Positions 52,704 to 64,000 of a stretch of 64,000 bases of DNA are shown here, piece after piece. Made by a program: the position numbers and the translations under genes. The notes under the pieces were generated by a model, which was not told the origin of the DNA, ran no database searches, and worked only from the letters and a program-made list of their open reading frames with translations. Within the stretch, counting starts at the first letter, position 1. Every line of letters starts with the position of its first letter. This DNA comes from Octopus vulgaris (Eukaryota): the NCBI GenBank assembly GCA_951406725.2, contig OX597816.1:135842001-135906000 (forward strand), given 5' to 3'.

Positions 52704-53949
52704 TGAGGGTTGGCTGAAAAGTTACTTTCATGGAATGTTACCAAATGTGGTTTATTTTTTCAACATGTTCCCCATGAGATTCCCACACCTCTTCCATTGG
52801 TGTCACAGTGCATGGATCCCATTGGTGAAAAAAGCTTTCATTCTGTTTGGCAAAAAAAGTCATCAACAGCAGATATGATGCCATCATCATTGTGATATTG
52901 GTTACCAGCCAATTGTTTTTACATGTTGGGGAACAGATGATAGTCAGATGAAAATAAGATGGGTGACCAAACAGTTCAAAGCCACAGTCACATACAGTAG
53001 CCATTGAAACCAAAGATTTTTGTGCTGGAGCATTGTCCTGATGAAACACGAACCCTATCATCAGTTTTCCTTGGCATTTGGTCTTGATAACATTTCATAC
53101 CTGCCTCAGTAAAATAGCATAGTACTCACCATTGATGGTGTGGCCTTTTTGAAGACAGTCAATAAACACAATATCTTTTGCATCCCAAAAAACAGGTCAT
53201 TACCTTCCTTACAGATAAAACACTCTTGACCTTCTTTGGAGCAGTTGAGGAGGGGTGTTTCCACTGCGTAGATTTCTCTGGCTCAAAGTGAGGAACCCAT
53301 CCTGGGTTAGGAACCGTGCAAGAAAACTAGCTGGTTTTCCTCAAACAATGCCAGATTTTCCTGTGATGTGATCAGCATGATGTGCTTTTGATCAGATATC
53401 GGATGTGGCACCCACCAAGCAGAAACCTTTGTCATGCCAAATTCACTATGCAGAATATTCTCAAATCTCTCATGAGATATGTTAATAGCGGTGGCTATTA
53501 GATTTATAGTCAACTGCTGTCATTCACAACCATGTGGTGAACACAATCAATGCTTTTGATGTTGGTGGTAGTTGCAGGATGGCCAGACCTTGGGTCATCT
53601 TCAAGATTCTCCCGTTCACTCCTATATTCAGCCACCCACTTTTGCACTATTGATAAAGCTGAAGCATCATCCCCTAACATAGCAACCATGTCAGCATGAA
53701 TGTCTTTGGGGGCTAAGCCCTTTTTCTGCAAGTATTTGATAACACCAGGATGCCAAATTTTGTCCATTTTCAAAAGAAGTTGCTACTAGTTATTTTTGAA
53801 GTCTTCTTTGAACAGTCAGATGTCAGTTTACCTGGAATAAAACAATGCAGTTGTTAATAAGAAGAGTTGAAATTAATGCATGCAACACTTCACACAGCTC
53901 TATTATCACTCCTTCATAGCCAGCCTATAAACTTTTCAGCTTACCCTCA
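52704..53949 (-). mobile_element. Full-length decayed mariner transposon
   Basis: TA-TGAGGGTTGGCTGAAAAGTT / AACTTTTCAGCTTACCCTCA-TA; VIKYLQKKGL, EDDPRSG, WVPH, HQDNAPA. Confidence 0.9.
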
Positions 53950-54255
53950 TATTACTATAGGTGTAACTAAAAAGTCTATGAGGGCTAAGTTAGGTCCGTC
54001 TGATTCATCATCCTTGTATGTGCTACATTCTATAGTGTTATCTATGCCATGATTATAAAGATTGGCTGTATCAGAAGTATTGGTGATAGAGAAAGTAGAT
54101 TTCCAATCTCTTGATTGTATGTGGTTGTATTACACACACACATTACCATATATATGTGCACAGAGGGAGACCGAGAGAGAGAGAGAGAAAGCGGGTTTTA
54201 ATTAATAATGAGGCTTATCATAATGAACTTCAAATATTTTCAGAAAAACACTTAC

Positions 54256-54296
54256 TTTTTGATCTGGCCATCTTCCATTAAGTGTATCTTCTCTTC
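54256..54296 (-). CDS. Gene A exon 3
   Basis: Weak acceptor TTTACAAAG|, strong donor AAA|GTAAGT; 41 nt, phase 1 to 0, (G)REDTLNGRWPDQK; bridges the phases of exons 2 and 4 exactly. Confidence 0.7.
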
Positions 54297-55094
54297 CTTT
54301 GTAAATATGGCACAGAATTAAGAACAAAAATATTAGCCAAATCAAATCAAAATTGAAACAGAAAACAGTAAATATAAGACATTTTGAAACATTGTTTTCT
54401 GTTAAGCATATACAAAAGCAATATTTGTAGGTATTGATATCAAAGAAACTACCTTTATAACCATGTGGCTTCGTGTTCAGTCCCACTGCATGGCACTTTG
54501 GACAAGTATCTTTTACTATAGTCCTGGGTCAACTAATACCTGAAATTTCAGTGAAGGGGGTTAGTTGATTACATCAACACCAGAGCTCTACAGGTACTCG
54601 TTTTATTCACCCTGGAATGATGAAGGGCAAAGCTAATCTTGGCAGAATCTGAACTCAGAACGTAAAGAGCTGGAAGAAATGCCACTAAGTATTTTGACCA
54701 ACATTCTAACAATACTGTTAGCTCACTGCTTTTGTCACAATATTAAATATCGGTCTCAAATTTTGGCACTAGGTCAGCAATTTCAGGAGAGTGGGTAAGT
54801 CAATTACACCATCCCAAATGTTTGACTGATACTTATTTTATCAACCCTAAAAGGATGAAAGGCAAAGTCAACCTTGGTGGAATTTGAAACAGCAATATTA
54901 AATATTATTGTTAATGGTTCGACGGCAACAGTGATTTTAGACAAAGTAATGTAAGGATTATTAGAGACATATACATACCAACTTACCAATTTAAATACAA
55001 ATCCCACTACCACCACAAAAAAATCTAAGTAAAACTCAAATACATATTATCCCAGATTATCTGTATGATAACTATAACAATCACAATAACTCAC

Positions 55095-55144
55095 CAATTA
55101 TCTTTGAAATATGAATAGTGGCTTCAACATCACCATTCCAGGAC
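55095..55144 (-). CDS. Gene A exon 2
   Basis: Acceptor TTTTGTTCTACTCTAG|, donor G|GTGAGT; 50 nt, phase 2 to 1, (L)SWNGDVEATIHISKII(G). Confidence 0.85.
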
Positions 55145-55429
55145 CTAGAGTAGAACAAAAGAACCAAGGGTGCTATTATACTTCCAAGTTACCCTTATGT
55201 TAATGGTGCATTAATGGTGCTATACTAAATAATTAAAATATTTTTATCTCATTTAGTTTAACGATTTCATTATGTAAGCTAATCGTTAATGATTTTAACA
55301 TTATTGCTTAAAGTATATCCCAAGTTATAATTTATGTAGCAAAAATCTTGAACAAATGTCATTATATAAAAAAGACATAGGTCAAATTAATGTTTTGAAA
55401 TTAGACAGATACCGTAATTATCATAATTG

Positions 55430-55870
55430 TTTTTCCGCTTTTCCCCCCGGATTGATTTACTTTCATTATCAATACAGCAGAAATATGTACCTAAAGCCAA
55501 AGATCGACCAGTAACGTATGATGTCACGTTCGAGAAAAACTAACCGTAGATAATGGTCTCGCGGGTTTACTACCAAAAGAGAAAAATAAACACCATAGAT
55601 AATACCGAAAACCCGTGCTGCGCATAGATTTACGCAACTTCTTAAAACACTTTATTTACAACCAGCCATAAGAAGGTGCTGCAACGTGGTAAAGGTTGCC
55701 CTTTGTAAGTAGGGATAACGCTGTCGTCGTCCCAGTGAGATTGACGAAGTCATCGTTAATAAAGCGATCAAACAGTAAAGAATGGTAGTTTTAAACTATT
55801 CATGCGAGGATATTACACCTCGGTTATAACACCATATACTAATGATGTGAAACTATGTTACGTCGACTAC
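55430..55870. promoter_or_regulatory. CpG-rich region at the 5' end of gene A
   Basis: Abrupt return of CpG dinucleotides compared with 34-55 kb; contains TCTCGCGGG at 55557-55565. Confidence 0.35.
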
Positions 55871-55924
55871 AACGAATAAATATAAACAGACTAAGAAGAA
55901 TGAACAAACGATAATATTACATAC

Positions 55925-56100
55925 AGTTTTATAAGGAGAATTAGTTTATTTAATTGTTCAAGAACTCTTCCAGTTTCAGCTTGACTCAGTTTAAGCATTT
56001 CTTTCAATTTTTCAATTTCATCTACTTTTGGTTCATTCAGTTGAGAGACTTCATCAATAACAGGTAAACTTTCTTTACTCTGAGTGCACACCCCGCTCAT
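55925..56100 (-). CDS. Gene A exon 1 (uncharacterised protein, N-terminal coiled coil)
   Basis: ATG at 56100; MSGVCTQSKESLPVIDEVSQLNEPKVDEIEKLKEMLKLSQAETGRVLEQLNKLILLIK; donor CT|GTATGT at 55924 (phase 2), which matches the next exon. Confidence 0.8.
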
Positions 56101-57390
56101 GGTGAAACGATTTGGTTAAAAAGGTGTTTCTCTGTGTGGTTTCACTTCAATAGTAAATTAGAAGTTATTTACTTTTTCATAAATTACATTAATTAATCAA
56201 GGCAACAAACTTAGGAATTGTTTTTCTTTTTCTTTTACAGACAAGGAGACTATCGTTTTCAATTAAATCGGTGAAGCCAAATTCAAATCTGATAACCTAT
56301 TTTCCCTAGTCTCTAGATGTTAAATAACCCCCAAAACATTCCACGTTTCCTTTTCCTTCCCCAGCTTCTATTCTATGACCAGGCTGTGTTATTTTTGTGT
56401 GCGATGTTTGATGTTAGTCATGCCAGACAATGGTGTTAGTTTCACTGGTGAGTCACAAATCCTGTTCCCAACCATCCACTAAAAGTGTGTAGACATTAAG
56501 TCGCTGAATTTATATTTTTATTATTTATGTTGTAGTTTCTTCTTTTGTATTTGTGGTATAAATAGCTCCCTTTCTGCAGGAACTATCAATAGTCCAACCA
56601 AAATTGCTTTGATATGTACTGTCCATAATGGAGATTTGATGGGGTGAAACGCTCGCTAATATCCGTTGCTTACAGTCCCAAAGTTGTCAAGGAAGAAGTC
56701 TAGGATATAACACAACGAAGGAATTTTTAGAGACATCCTACTTCCCTTTAATTTTTTTTTTTTTTTTTTTGCCATAAGATTTCAGTATGTTATCTACCAA
56801 TTTGCGACAATTGTCAGCTTTGTGATTCCCGATATTTTAAACAACCCCAGCAAAAGATGTCCATGCTATCTTCTGTCTTGTTTAATTTAAGGAAGACTGA
56901 TGAATCGCAGATGATATTTATGAATCTATGGTTCAAACTTAACATTTGTCGATATTTCAATGAATTTGTCCTTTAATTAAATATTGGTTTCAAATTTTGG
57001 TACAATGCCAACAGTTTTTGAGCCGTTGGGGTTATCCAGAAGTCATGGAAAAGAGACCAGATGGTCTTACCCTCTGTCCCTAAGTTAGAGGTAGATGCGA
57101 CTCCTTTGCTTCCTCCTACATCCTGGATGCTACAGTTAAGTAGCCGAACGGAAGAAAACCCTGAAGTATCGAGACCCGACAATGAACTAGCTTTTCTAAC
57201 CTGTGGCGTTTCAGACGTTCGTAGGGACTATGCCACTAACCGTGAAGTTATTGTCAACGATGGCAGCTCGCCTCACTGAAATGTCTGTTAGGTGATACGG
57301 AAAGAGTTCCTTTTGTACACCCCCATGAAATTTTTTTTATTTTTTAAATATATTAGACGTGGTGGAAAATTGATTTCCTACCATGTCTTA

Positions 57391-57785
57391 GGATCTTTTC
57401 GGTTTGAATAGCAGTTTTAAAAAATAATTTCCACGTAACTAAACACTTTTAAACTTTGTATACTGGTAGAATGTGTTTATAAAACATCTTTTTCTCTTGG
57501 CTTTATTGAGAAAATTCTATAGTTTGTAAGATATTTGTTGGTTTCTTTTCTTCAATTTCAACCAATCAATGACGTCTATTGGAGGTGAAAACATTCAGTG
57601 CCGTATGAATATGTCCCTCGTTTAAGAAACAGATTGGGTTTATTTACATTTCTGAAGAAAAAAAAAGATACCCTTCCCCCCACCCTAACCCTAAAACAGA
57701 TTGAAATGCAATAGATCGATATTAGGGTCATAATTATTTTTCATATGACACCGCTAGAAAAACTGCCGATCAAACCGAAAAGATC
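57391..57785. mobile_element. MITE with ~28 bp TIRs and internal CCCTAA units
   Basis: GATCTTTTCGGTTTGAATAGCAGTTTT / AAAACTGCCGATCAAACCGAAAAGATC; related end at ~62500-62590. Confidence 0.8.
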
Positions 57786-57822
57786 AGAATATATATATTT
57801 TCTCACACAACAATTAAGATAT

Positions 57823-58236
57823 GGCAATCTTTCGTCTCTAGTAGACCTTTCCGTCGATTTCCGTAAAAAATTTTTTTTTTACATATGGGCTTGCGGAAAT
57901 TTTTGAAGTAATGAGAGCGAAAGACACTAAGAGAAAGCGATTGTATGACGAGGGAAGTTCTTTTGAAGTTACCGTCCAGGGGAAGCATTGATGTACATGT
58001 GTGTGTGTTTGATGGGGTGTGGGAGACAGACAGTATGTTGTGTAAGTGAAGTGCTTCTGTTAGTGTGTGTGAAGAGACAGAGTAATGTGTGAAAGAAAGA
58101 GATAACTGAAATTTTTTACTCGGTGTATGTGTATATGTATGTATATTACTTCAAAAGTTCCCGTAAGCCCATATGTAAAAAAAAAAAAATTTTTACGGAA
58201 ATCGACGGAAAGGTCTACTAGAGACGAAAGATCGCC
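57823..58236. mobile_element. Internally deleted foldback element with ~90 bp TIRs
   Basis: GGCAATCTTTCGTCTCTAGTAGACCTTTCCGTCGATTTCCG.. / ..CGGAAATCGACGGAAAGGTCTACTAGAGACGAAAGATCGCC; flanks TAAGATAT / TAAGATGG are a possible TSD. Confidence 0.85.
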
Positions 58237-61200
58237 TAAGATGGTATATTTATTTTAAATCGTTTCTTTGTAGTGAGAAAACTTTTATTCTCTCTCTCCT
58301 CCCCCCTCTCCACACACACACACACACACAAAAATGAAACCCAATTCGAGTTTCAGCCGGATATATGCAAAGCAAAAGTGATTTTTTCTTCTTCTAAGAC
58401 GCTACCACACAGCCTGAAATGTTTAGTCGGACAAATATTTAGATTGGTAAAATTTAGAAAAAAGTTTGCATTTTCGTTCAGATTAACCCAATGATTAGAC
58501 AGCAACGTATGTAATATGTACCTTTCTGCAACAATTTAGTACTAATCCTTGTGTGTGTGTCTACATATACATACACACTCTTATATATATATTCCACCCC
58601 ACCCCCAGTTTTCCGGACAAAAAAAAGTGTTTTCTGGCATATTAGGAGGTCACCGTAATTCATTCAACAACAACAACAAAGAAATTCGGAGATGGTGGGG
58701 GCGCTTTTCCACCCACCCCTTTCTTCCGAACAAAAATAAGGGGTTTGTGGCACGCTAGGAGGTCAGGGTACTTGATTCTACGCAAAAATCCGAGTTTTTT
58801 TTTTTTTTTTTTTTAGTGAAACGCGTACGAGTGCACTTATCAAAATTTACCGAAGAAGGAGCAGAAAATGGTTTTTGAAACGATTTGTAGAGAATGTGTC
58901 TGGGTCGATGATAAAAAATACTCTTAGCTCTTGTCCACATTGGGAGACGTCTGTTCATTGAAGCATATCTGACAGTGTTACGTGTAATGACTCCCGTTTG
59001 TGAGTGCAAGTGAAATGCATTACGAATGTGCAAGGGAAATGCATTACGAAAAGAGAAAAAAACCCTTGTTGGTACCAGTGAACAAAGGAAATACCACTTC
59101 TGTCTCAGATCAGTTTTAACAGCTCGATCACAAATGCGCGCGCGAGCAGAACATGCACATAACCGCAAAAATTGATACCCGAGTTACATGGACGTAAAAT
59201 TTTAAGTGTGCTAGTAAAGACAAAGTAGTGTTGGGTCTCAGACGGAAATATAGATTGTACGTTAATGATTTGTAGGAGAGTGGAAATGAGGTTATATCAC
59301 ATACCTGCTTTTCTTCCCCGGAGGTATTTAACGTGAAACAAAATGAAATGCCTACAGCTGGAAATTGAAAACTATTCGCGGAGTGAATATAGTTAACTAA
59401 GAGATTAACTACAGCAGTCACCAACACAGAGAAATACATATTTTATTTCCCAAGATACAAGGCTAAGTATGGAAGAGGTATTATATTTAGGTGAAGTAGT
59501 AATCAGTGATATTTAATAAGTTACGGTTGCTTGGAAACTTCACTCGGAACTAATTAGAAAAAAAAAAGCGTAAAGAAAAGCAATGTAGTTATAAAACAAA
59601 ATCAAATGTTACTGGTGTTAAATATAATACTTATGATCTTTCTTTAAAAAAAATACCTGTTTATAATATTTATTGTAAGAGTCGCTGAATTGAAAGATTT
59701 ATAGTAATAGAAAATGACAAATGATGTAAAGAAAATCATGACATATGTGGACTTACATGAAAATGAGACGTTTGACTAAATGGTTCGAATCGTTTGATGT
59801 TCCACCGTGAAAAAAAAAAACTGCAAACAGACGACTCTTAAACGACACTTTCTACAAAAGATTAATTTAACGCGTCACTTTGGTTGGTCAGCATTTTACA
59901 AAGAGATAGCATCAGCTGAAAATAAATTGTTACAATAAACCGTTTGTTGATATCTGTTTACATGACACTGGTTTTATTTATTCATACCACTAAATTAATT
60001 ATGCTATCAAGTTGGATTGTTTCCCGTAAATTATATACTACTTCGATCGAGTTTTATTGACCCTTTAGAAACCTTGTACACAAGTTAGATATGTTAGGAA
60101 ATGCACAGCTAGTATGATGAGACATCACAAGGAAAAGGTTAATCAATGTGACTAATCCAATGAAAATCTAAACGGCGTCTTTAAGTTTCCAGTCTATCAA
60201 TTATGTTATCCCTTATTCAAAACTTAAAGCAGATAATACATTTCAAATAAAGATTTTCAACATAAATATTAAGGTTGCAGTTTTCGGTGGCATATAACCG
60301 ATTGAATTGACCTCAGTTTAGGACTGGTACTTTATAGACACCGACATGATTTGAATACTAAATATAAAGAAGTTATCACTAATGTTTGTCGCTTACTCTA
60401 ATGATTCTACCAACTATTGCTCTTCAGTTCAGTTAAATTAGGATTTCTTTAACCCAAAGCTACACATCCTGAGAGGAAGTTTATAACTAATTTTACAGAC
60501 TTGAGTACTTGACAGCAATTTATTTTATCAATTATACGGGGTAAAGCACTGAATTTGAACATAAAACGTAGAGGATGTAATTGAACACTCTGTGGTATCT
60601 GATGCTTCAACTTTTCAGCCAGATATCGCCTGACAGCTCCGATGGCTTCATTCCAAATTTTTATCGAACAATCATTATGAATACTTCAAATGAATATTAG
60701 GTAGCTATAAGCTCTTAATAGACAACGTGTAGGCTCAGATGTTTGGTTGTGTCCCTTAAGCCATGTACTATTTCATCGTGGTCAAGCTTAGAGTACCCTG
60801 GGAGAACAGACTCGATATTTTTCAGTAGTAAAAGAAACCCAAATATCAAACCTTGATCAACGAGATCCTTATCAAGTGATGGCAGTCGACTTCATTCCCT
60901 ATTGAAGTTGACTGCTGCAGCTTTCCAGCAAGATCGATGCGCTGTTTCCTGCAGAAGATTAGTCTGAAACCCAATCGATTGAAGAACGCTACCAAGGCAT
61001 GGCAGCTGAATCAACTCAAGGTGGAACCCTTTCGCAGGCGAAGACCAATTCAGTCCTCGTTACCTGACTTAAGCGAAGCATATAGGCTAAAGGGCAAAAC
61101 GCTTGTGACCCTGAGATATCTGCTGACGATACGGAAAGGTTTCTAACATTGCTATTGATTTTGAACTTGCAAAACCTCTAAGTAGCTTCTGCAGTTTCGG

Positions 61201-61598
61201 CATGGAGAAAAGCATCTCCGAGGTTTATTTCACTTTCAGTCTGTTTTCTTTTCTTTTAAAAAAAATTTCTTTACGAATTAGATAGGGTAAGAAATGCGTG
61301 TTTGGTTTGAAGTAGTTCCACAAAGAATGGAATTAACTTGCAACTGACAAGCCATTATAGTAATTCAAATATTATTGCCCATGTGTTTCATTCAGAAATA
61401 AAACTAAATATCAAATGAAAGTAGTTAGCAAGTCCAAAATAATTTTTCGTTCATTCGGAAACTGCGTTCTTATGTGGTAGTGTCATGTAATTTCTGATGT
61501 CTTGTTTATTGAAACTGACTGACGGAAAAAGTTGTGCGCTTGCTTTGCAGAAATAGAACCTAACTCAGCTCTAAACATATGTTTTCCCATCATTTTTG

Positions 61599-61637
<39 letters not shown>

Positions 61638-62785
61638 CACACATACAGAAGTGGGGAGAAAGAAAAAGCATTAGCACTGACTATGAATTGATTGTACATC
61701 TTCAGTGATCCAAAATTTCACTTTGATGAACTAAAATTGTTCTGCCTAAGTCTATGTGTGTTTAGCTAATTTATAGGATCAGGTATGAACTTAAGCGTCC
61801 CAGCTTGTTATGTTTTCCTTGCAGAATGCTGAAGGTATTTTTCACAAGGTTTCTAAAATAGTTATTATTTGTCAGTGACATATAAAGTGATTGCTTCGTT
61901 AATTAGTCTGTCCCTGGTTGATTTTGTCCAACACATCATGATATCGACAACTGCTACGTGGTTAAACAAATAACTGTCTTTAGTTCAAAAGCAGCTAACA
62001 AGGTGAACAATTATTGAAACATCTAGATGTCCGGCAAGTTAACTTGTGATAAATATTCTGTATTTAAGATTAATTCTTCCTGTTTGTTTAATTCCCACAG
62101 ACATAAAGTTGTGATCGTGTTATGATTGACACGTTGAATGATCAATAATAAATTGAAAGTTGGGACGATTTATATATATATATATAAATGTACAATATAT
62201 GTGTCAATCAAGAAATAAAGAAATTACTGATATATTTCGCATAAATTTAGAACATAACTTCTAATAACAGCAAAAGAAGGTTGGGTGCTAAGAATTATCC
62301 TATTAAATGTGAGCCTAAAAACATTGAGAATGGTCTCTGTGCAGAGCTGAACCTTGAGGTTTTTATAAGCTCGCAACAAAATTCGAGAATATTTCACAAG
62401 ACGAAAATTAAACATTTCTTTTTGTCCAACATCTATAAAGAAGAGACGTCAAAGATGATTGGCTGGAAAAAATGTCAACAGGCGTTATAGTTGAGTTCAG
62501 GGATCTTTTCTATTCTGAAGCCAGTTTTTTCAAATTTTTCCTACTGAACCAAACAATTTGAAACTTCGTATACTGGTAGAATGTGTCAAAAGTAAACTTA
62601 ATTGTAAACCAGAATGAAAACGGAATTGTAACTTCTAAGTTTAACGTTGTTTAATAATTAGAATTTTAACCAATGATATTCCGTCATTCGGCTTTATTTT
62701 ATTTACTCCGTCTCGACCACCAATTTCGTGACGTATTAGACATCTTAAATGTAAACAAGCTATAGTCAGCCACCTTCTAATAACA

Positions 62786-63380
62786 AAAGTTTGTCTTTGA
62801 AGTTACCGTCTAGGGGAAGCATTGATGTACATGTGTGTGTGTGTTGATGGGGTGTGGGAGACAGTATGTTGTGTAAGTGAAGTGCTTCTGTTAGTGTGTG
62901 TGAAGAGACAGAGAGAGTAATGTGTGAAAGAGAGAGATAACTGAAATTTTTTACTCGGTGTATGTGTATATGTATGTGTGTGTGTATGTATGTGTGTGTG
63001 TATGTATGTGTGTGTGTGTATGTATGTATGGCCGATTCATCGTAATTACGATGAATCGGCCATACATACATAGATACATACACATACATGCAGACATACA
63101 TATACACATACACCGAGTAAAAATTTTCAGTTATCTCTCTCTTTCACACATTACTCTCTCTGTCTCTTCACACACACTAACAGAAGCACTTCACTTACAC
63201 AACATACTGTCTCCCACACCCCATCAAACACACACACACACACACATGTACATCAATGCTTCCCCTAGACGGTAACTTCAAAGACAAACTTTCCTCGTCA
63301 TAAAATCGCTTCCTCTTAGTCTCTTTCACTCTCATTACTTATGTAAAAAAATAAAAGTTTTTTACGGAAATCGACGGAAA
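62786..63380. mobile_element. Palindromic foldback element of the same family as 57823-58236
   Basis: 62786-63045 is inverted in 63046-63292 with no spacer; the right arm continues to ..TTACGGAAATCGACGGAAA. Confidence 0.9.
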
Positions 63381-63636
63381 ACTTGTGCTACGACAAGCGA
63401 AACTTCGCCGAAATTTAATATTAAAAAAGCAAAGAGCTGGCAGAAACGTTAGCACGCCGGGCGAAATGCGTAGCCGTATTTGTTTACAGTTTTCCGAGGT
63501 TCATAGTAAAAGTTAATTCTGGTCAACATCACAAAATATATTAATATTATTCGTTAGCGGTTTTGACTTTCAAACTTAAGCATTTCCGGAATGTTATCTG
63601 CAAGAAAACCATACCACCCAGTATATGTTAATTCGT

Positions 63637-63713
63637 TAGGCGACTCATCAGTCTCAAATGGCTGGAGGGAGGCACATAATCTCTCCGGCCGTTTGAGTCT
63701 AACGAGTTGCCTA
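63637..63713 (+). ncRNA. Candidate pre-miRNA-like hairpin
   Basis: 34-nt arms and a 9-nt loop; 27 Watson-Crick pairs, 4 G.U and 3 mismatches when read on +; no other copy seen in the window. Confidence 0.45.
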
Positions 63714-64000
63714 TACAGCTAAGCGCTTTATAGGTGCAAAACCAATGGTCACTTTGCCATAACAATCAACCTTCTAAATGTGTGTGTGTGTAACTTACTT
63801 ATAAAGAAGACATTTATTTTTCACTAATTTCAAACATTATGTACAAGATCACATAAATAGATGAAATACGTGTCTGAATAAAATTTTGGATTACCTGCAA
63901 GCACAGCAGGTCTTAAATCCAAATTTCCTGTAGACACTTCGTTACATACTGTAATTGATTAATGCAATTAGTTTAACACCTATCTCCTGTCCACCAAGCT

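Noticed and set aside
57680-57695. CCCTAACCCTAA telomere-like repeat
   Set aside because: Only two units and internal to a MITE.
61780-62320. Scattered + strand splice-like sites (micro-exon AATGCTGAAG; AKEGWVLRIILLN)
   Set aside because: Could not be assembled into a consistent reading frame within the window.
63625-63655. Minus-strand CTGATGAG...CGAAT as a hammerhead
   Set aside because: GAAT instead of GAAA, a 2-bp stem II and no NUH; the core is part of the long hairpin arm.

Overview
AT-rich, repeat-dense animal genomic DNA, most likely an Octopus (coleoid cephalopod) assembly. This is inferred from the tRNA-derived SINE families, an RTE LINE with a (GAT)n tail and abundant (TA)n/(CA)n/(TACA)n microsatellites. 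Almost all ORFs in the supplied track are microsatellite or antisense artefacts. Reading splice sites by hand gives two uncharacterised multi-exon minus-strand genes. Gene A (56100->43169) has 7 coding exons, 344 aa and one GC-AG intron. Gene B (31726->8216) has 6 coding exons and about 480 aa, but only if one A is removed from an A8 run. The rest is transposon debris: mariner/maT, hAT and piggyBac MITEs, Helitrons, RTE, CR1/L2-, Tx1/L1-, CRE- and R4/Dong-like LINEs, and at least four Penelope-like element (PLE) remnants. The most notable non-coding signals are (1) several type I hammerhead ribozyme motifs with palindromic stem III, in inverted or direct repeats, (2) a pre-miRNA-like hairpin at 63637-63713, (3) a long G.U-rich hairpin at 322-432, (4) a ~500 bp no-spacer palindrome, (5) a tandem pseudoknot-like array in the RTE 3' region, and (6) a CpG-depleted domain (~34-55 kb) that runs well past the predicted end of gene A. 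All calls were made by eye; no database search or folding program was run.
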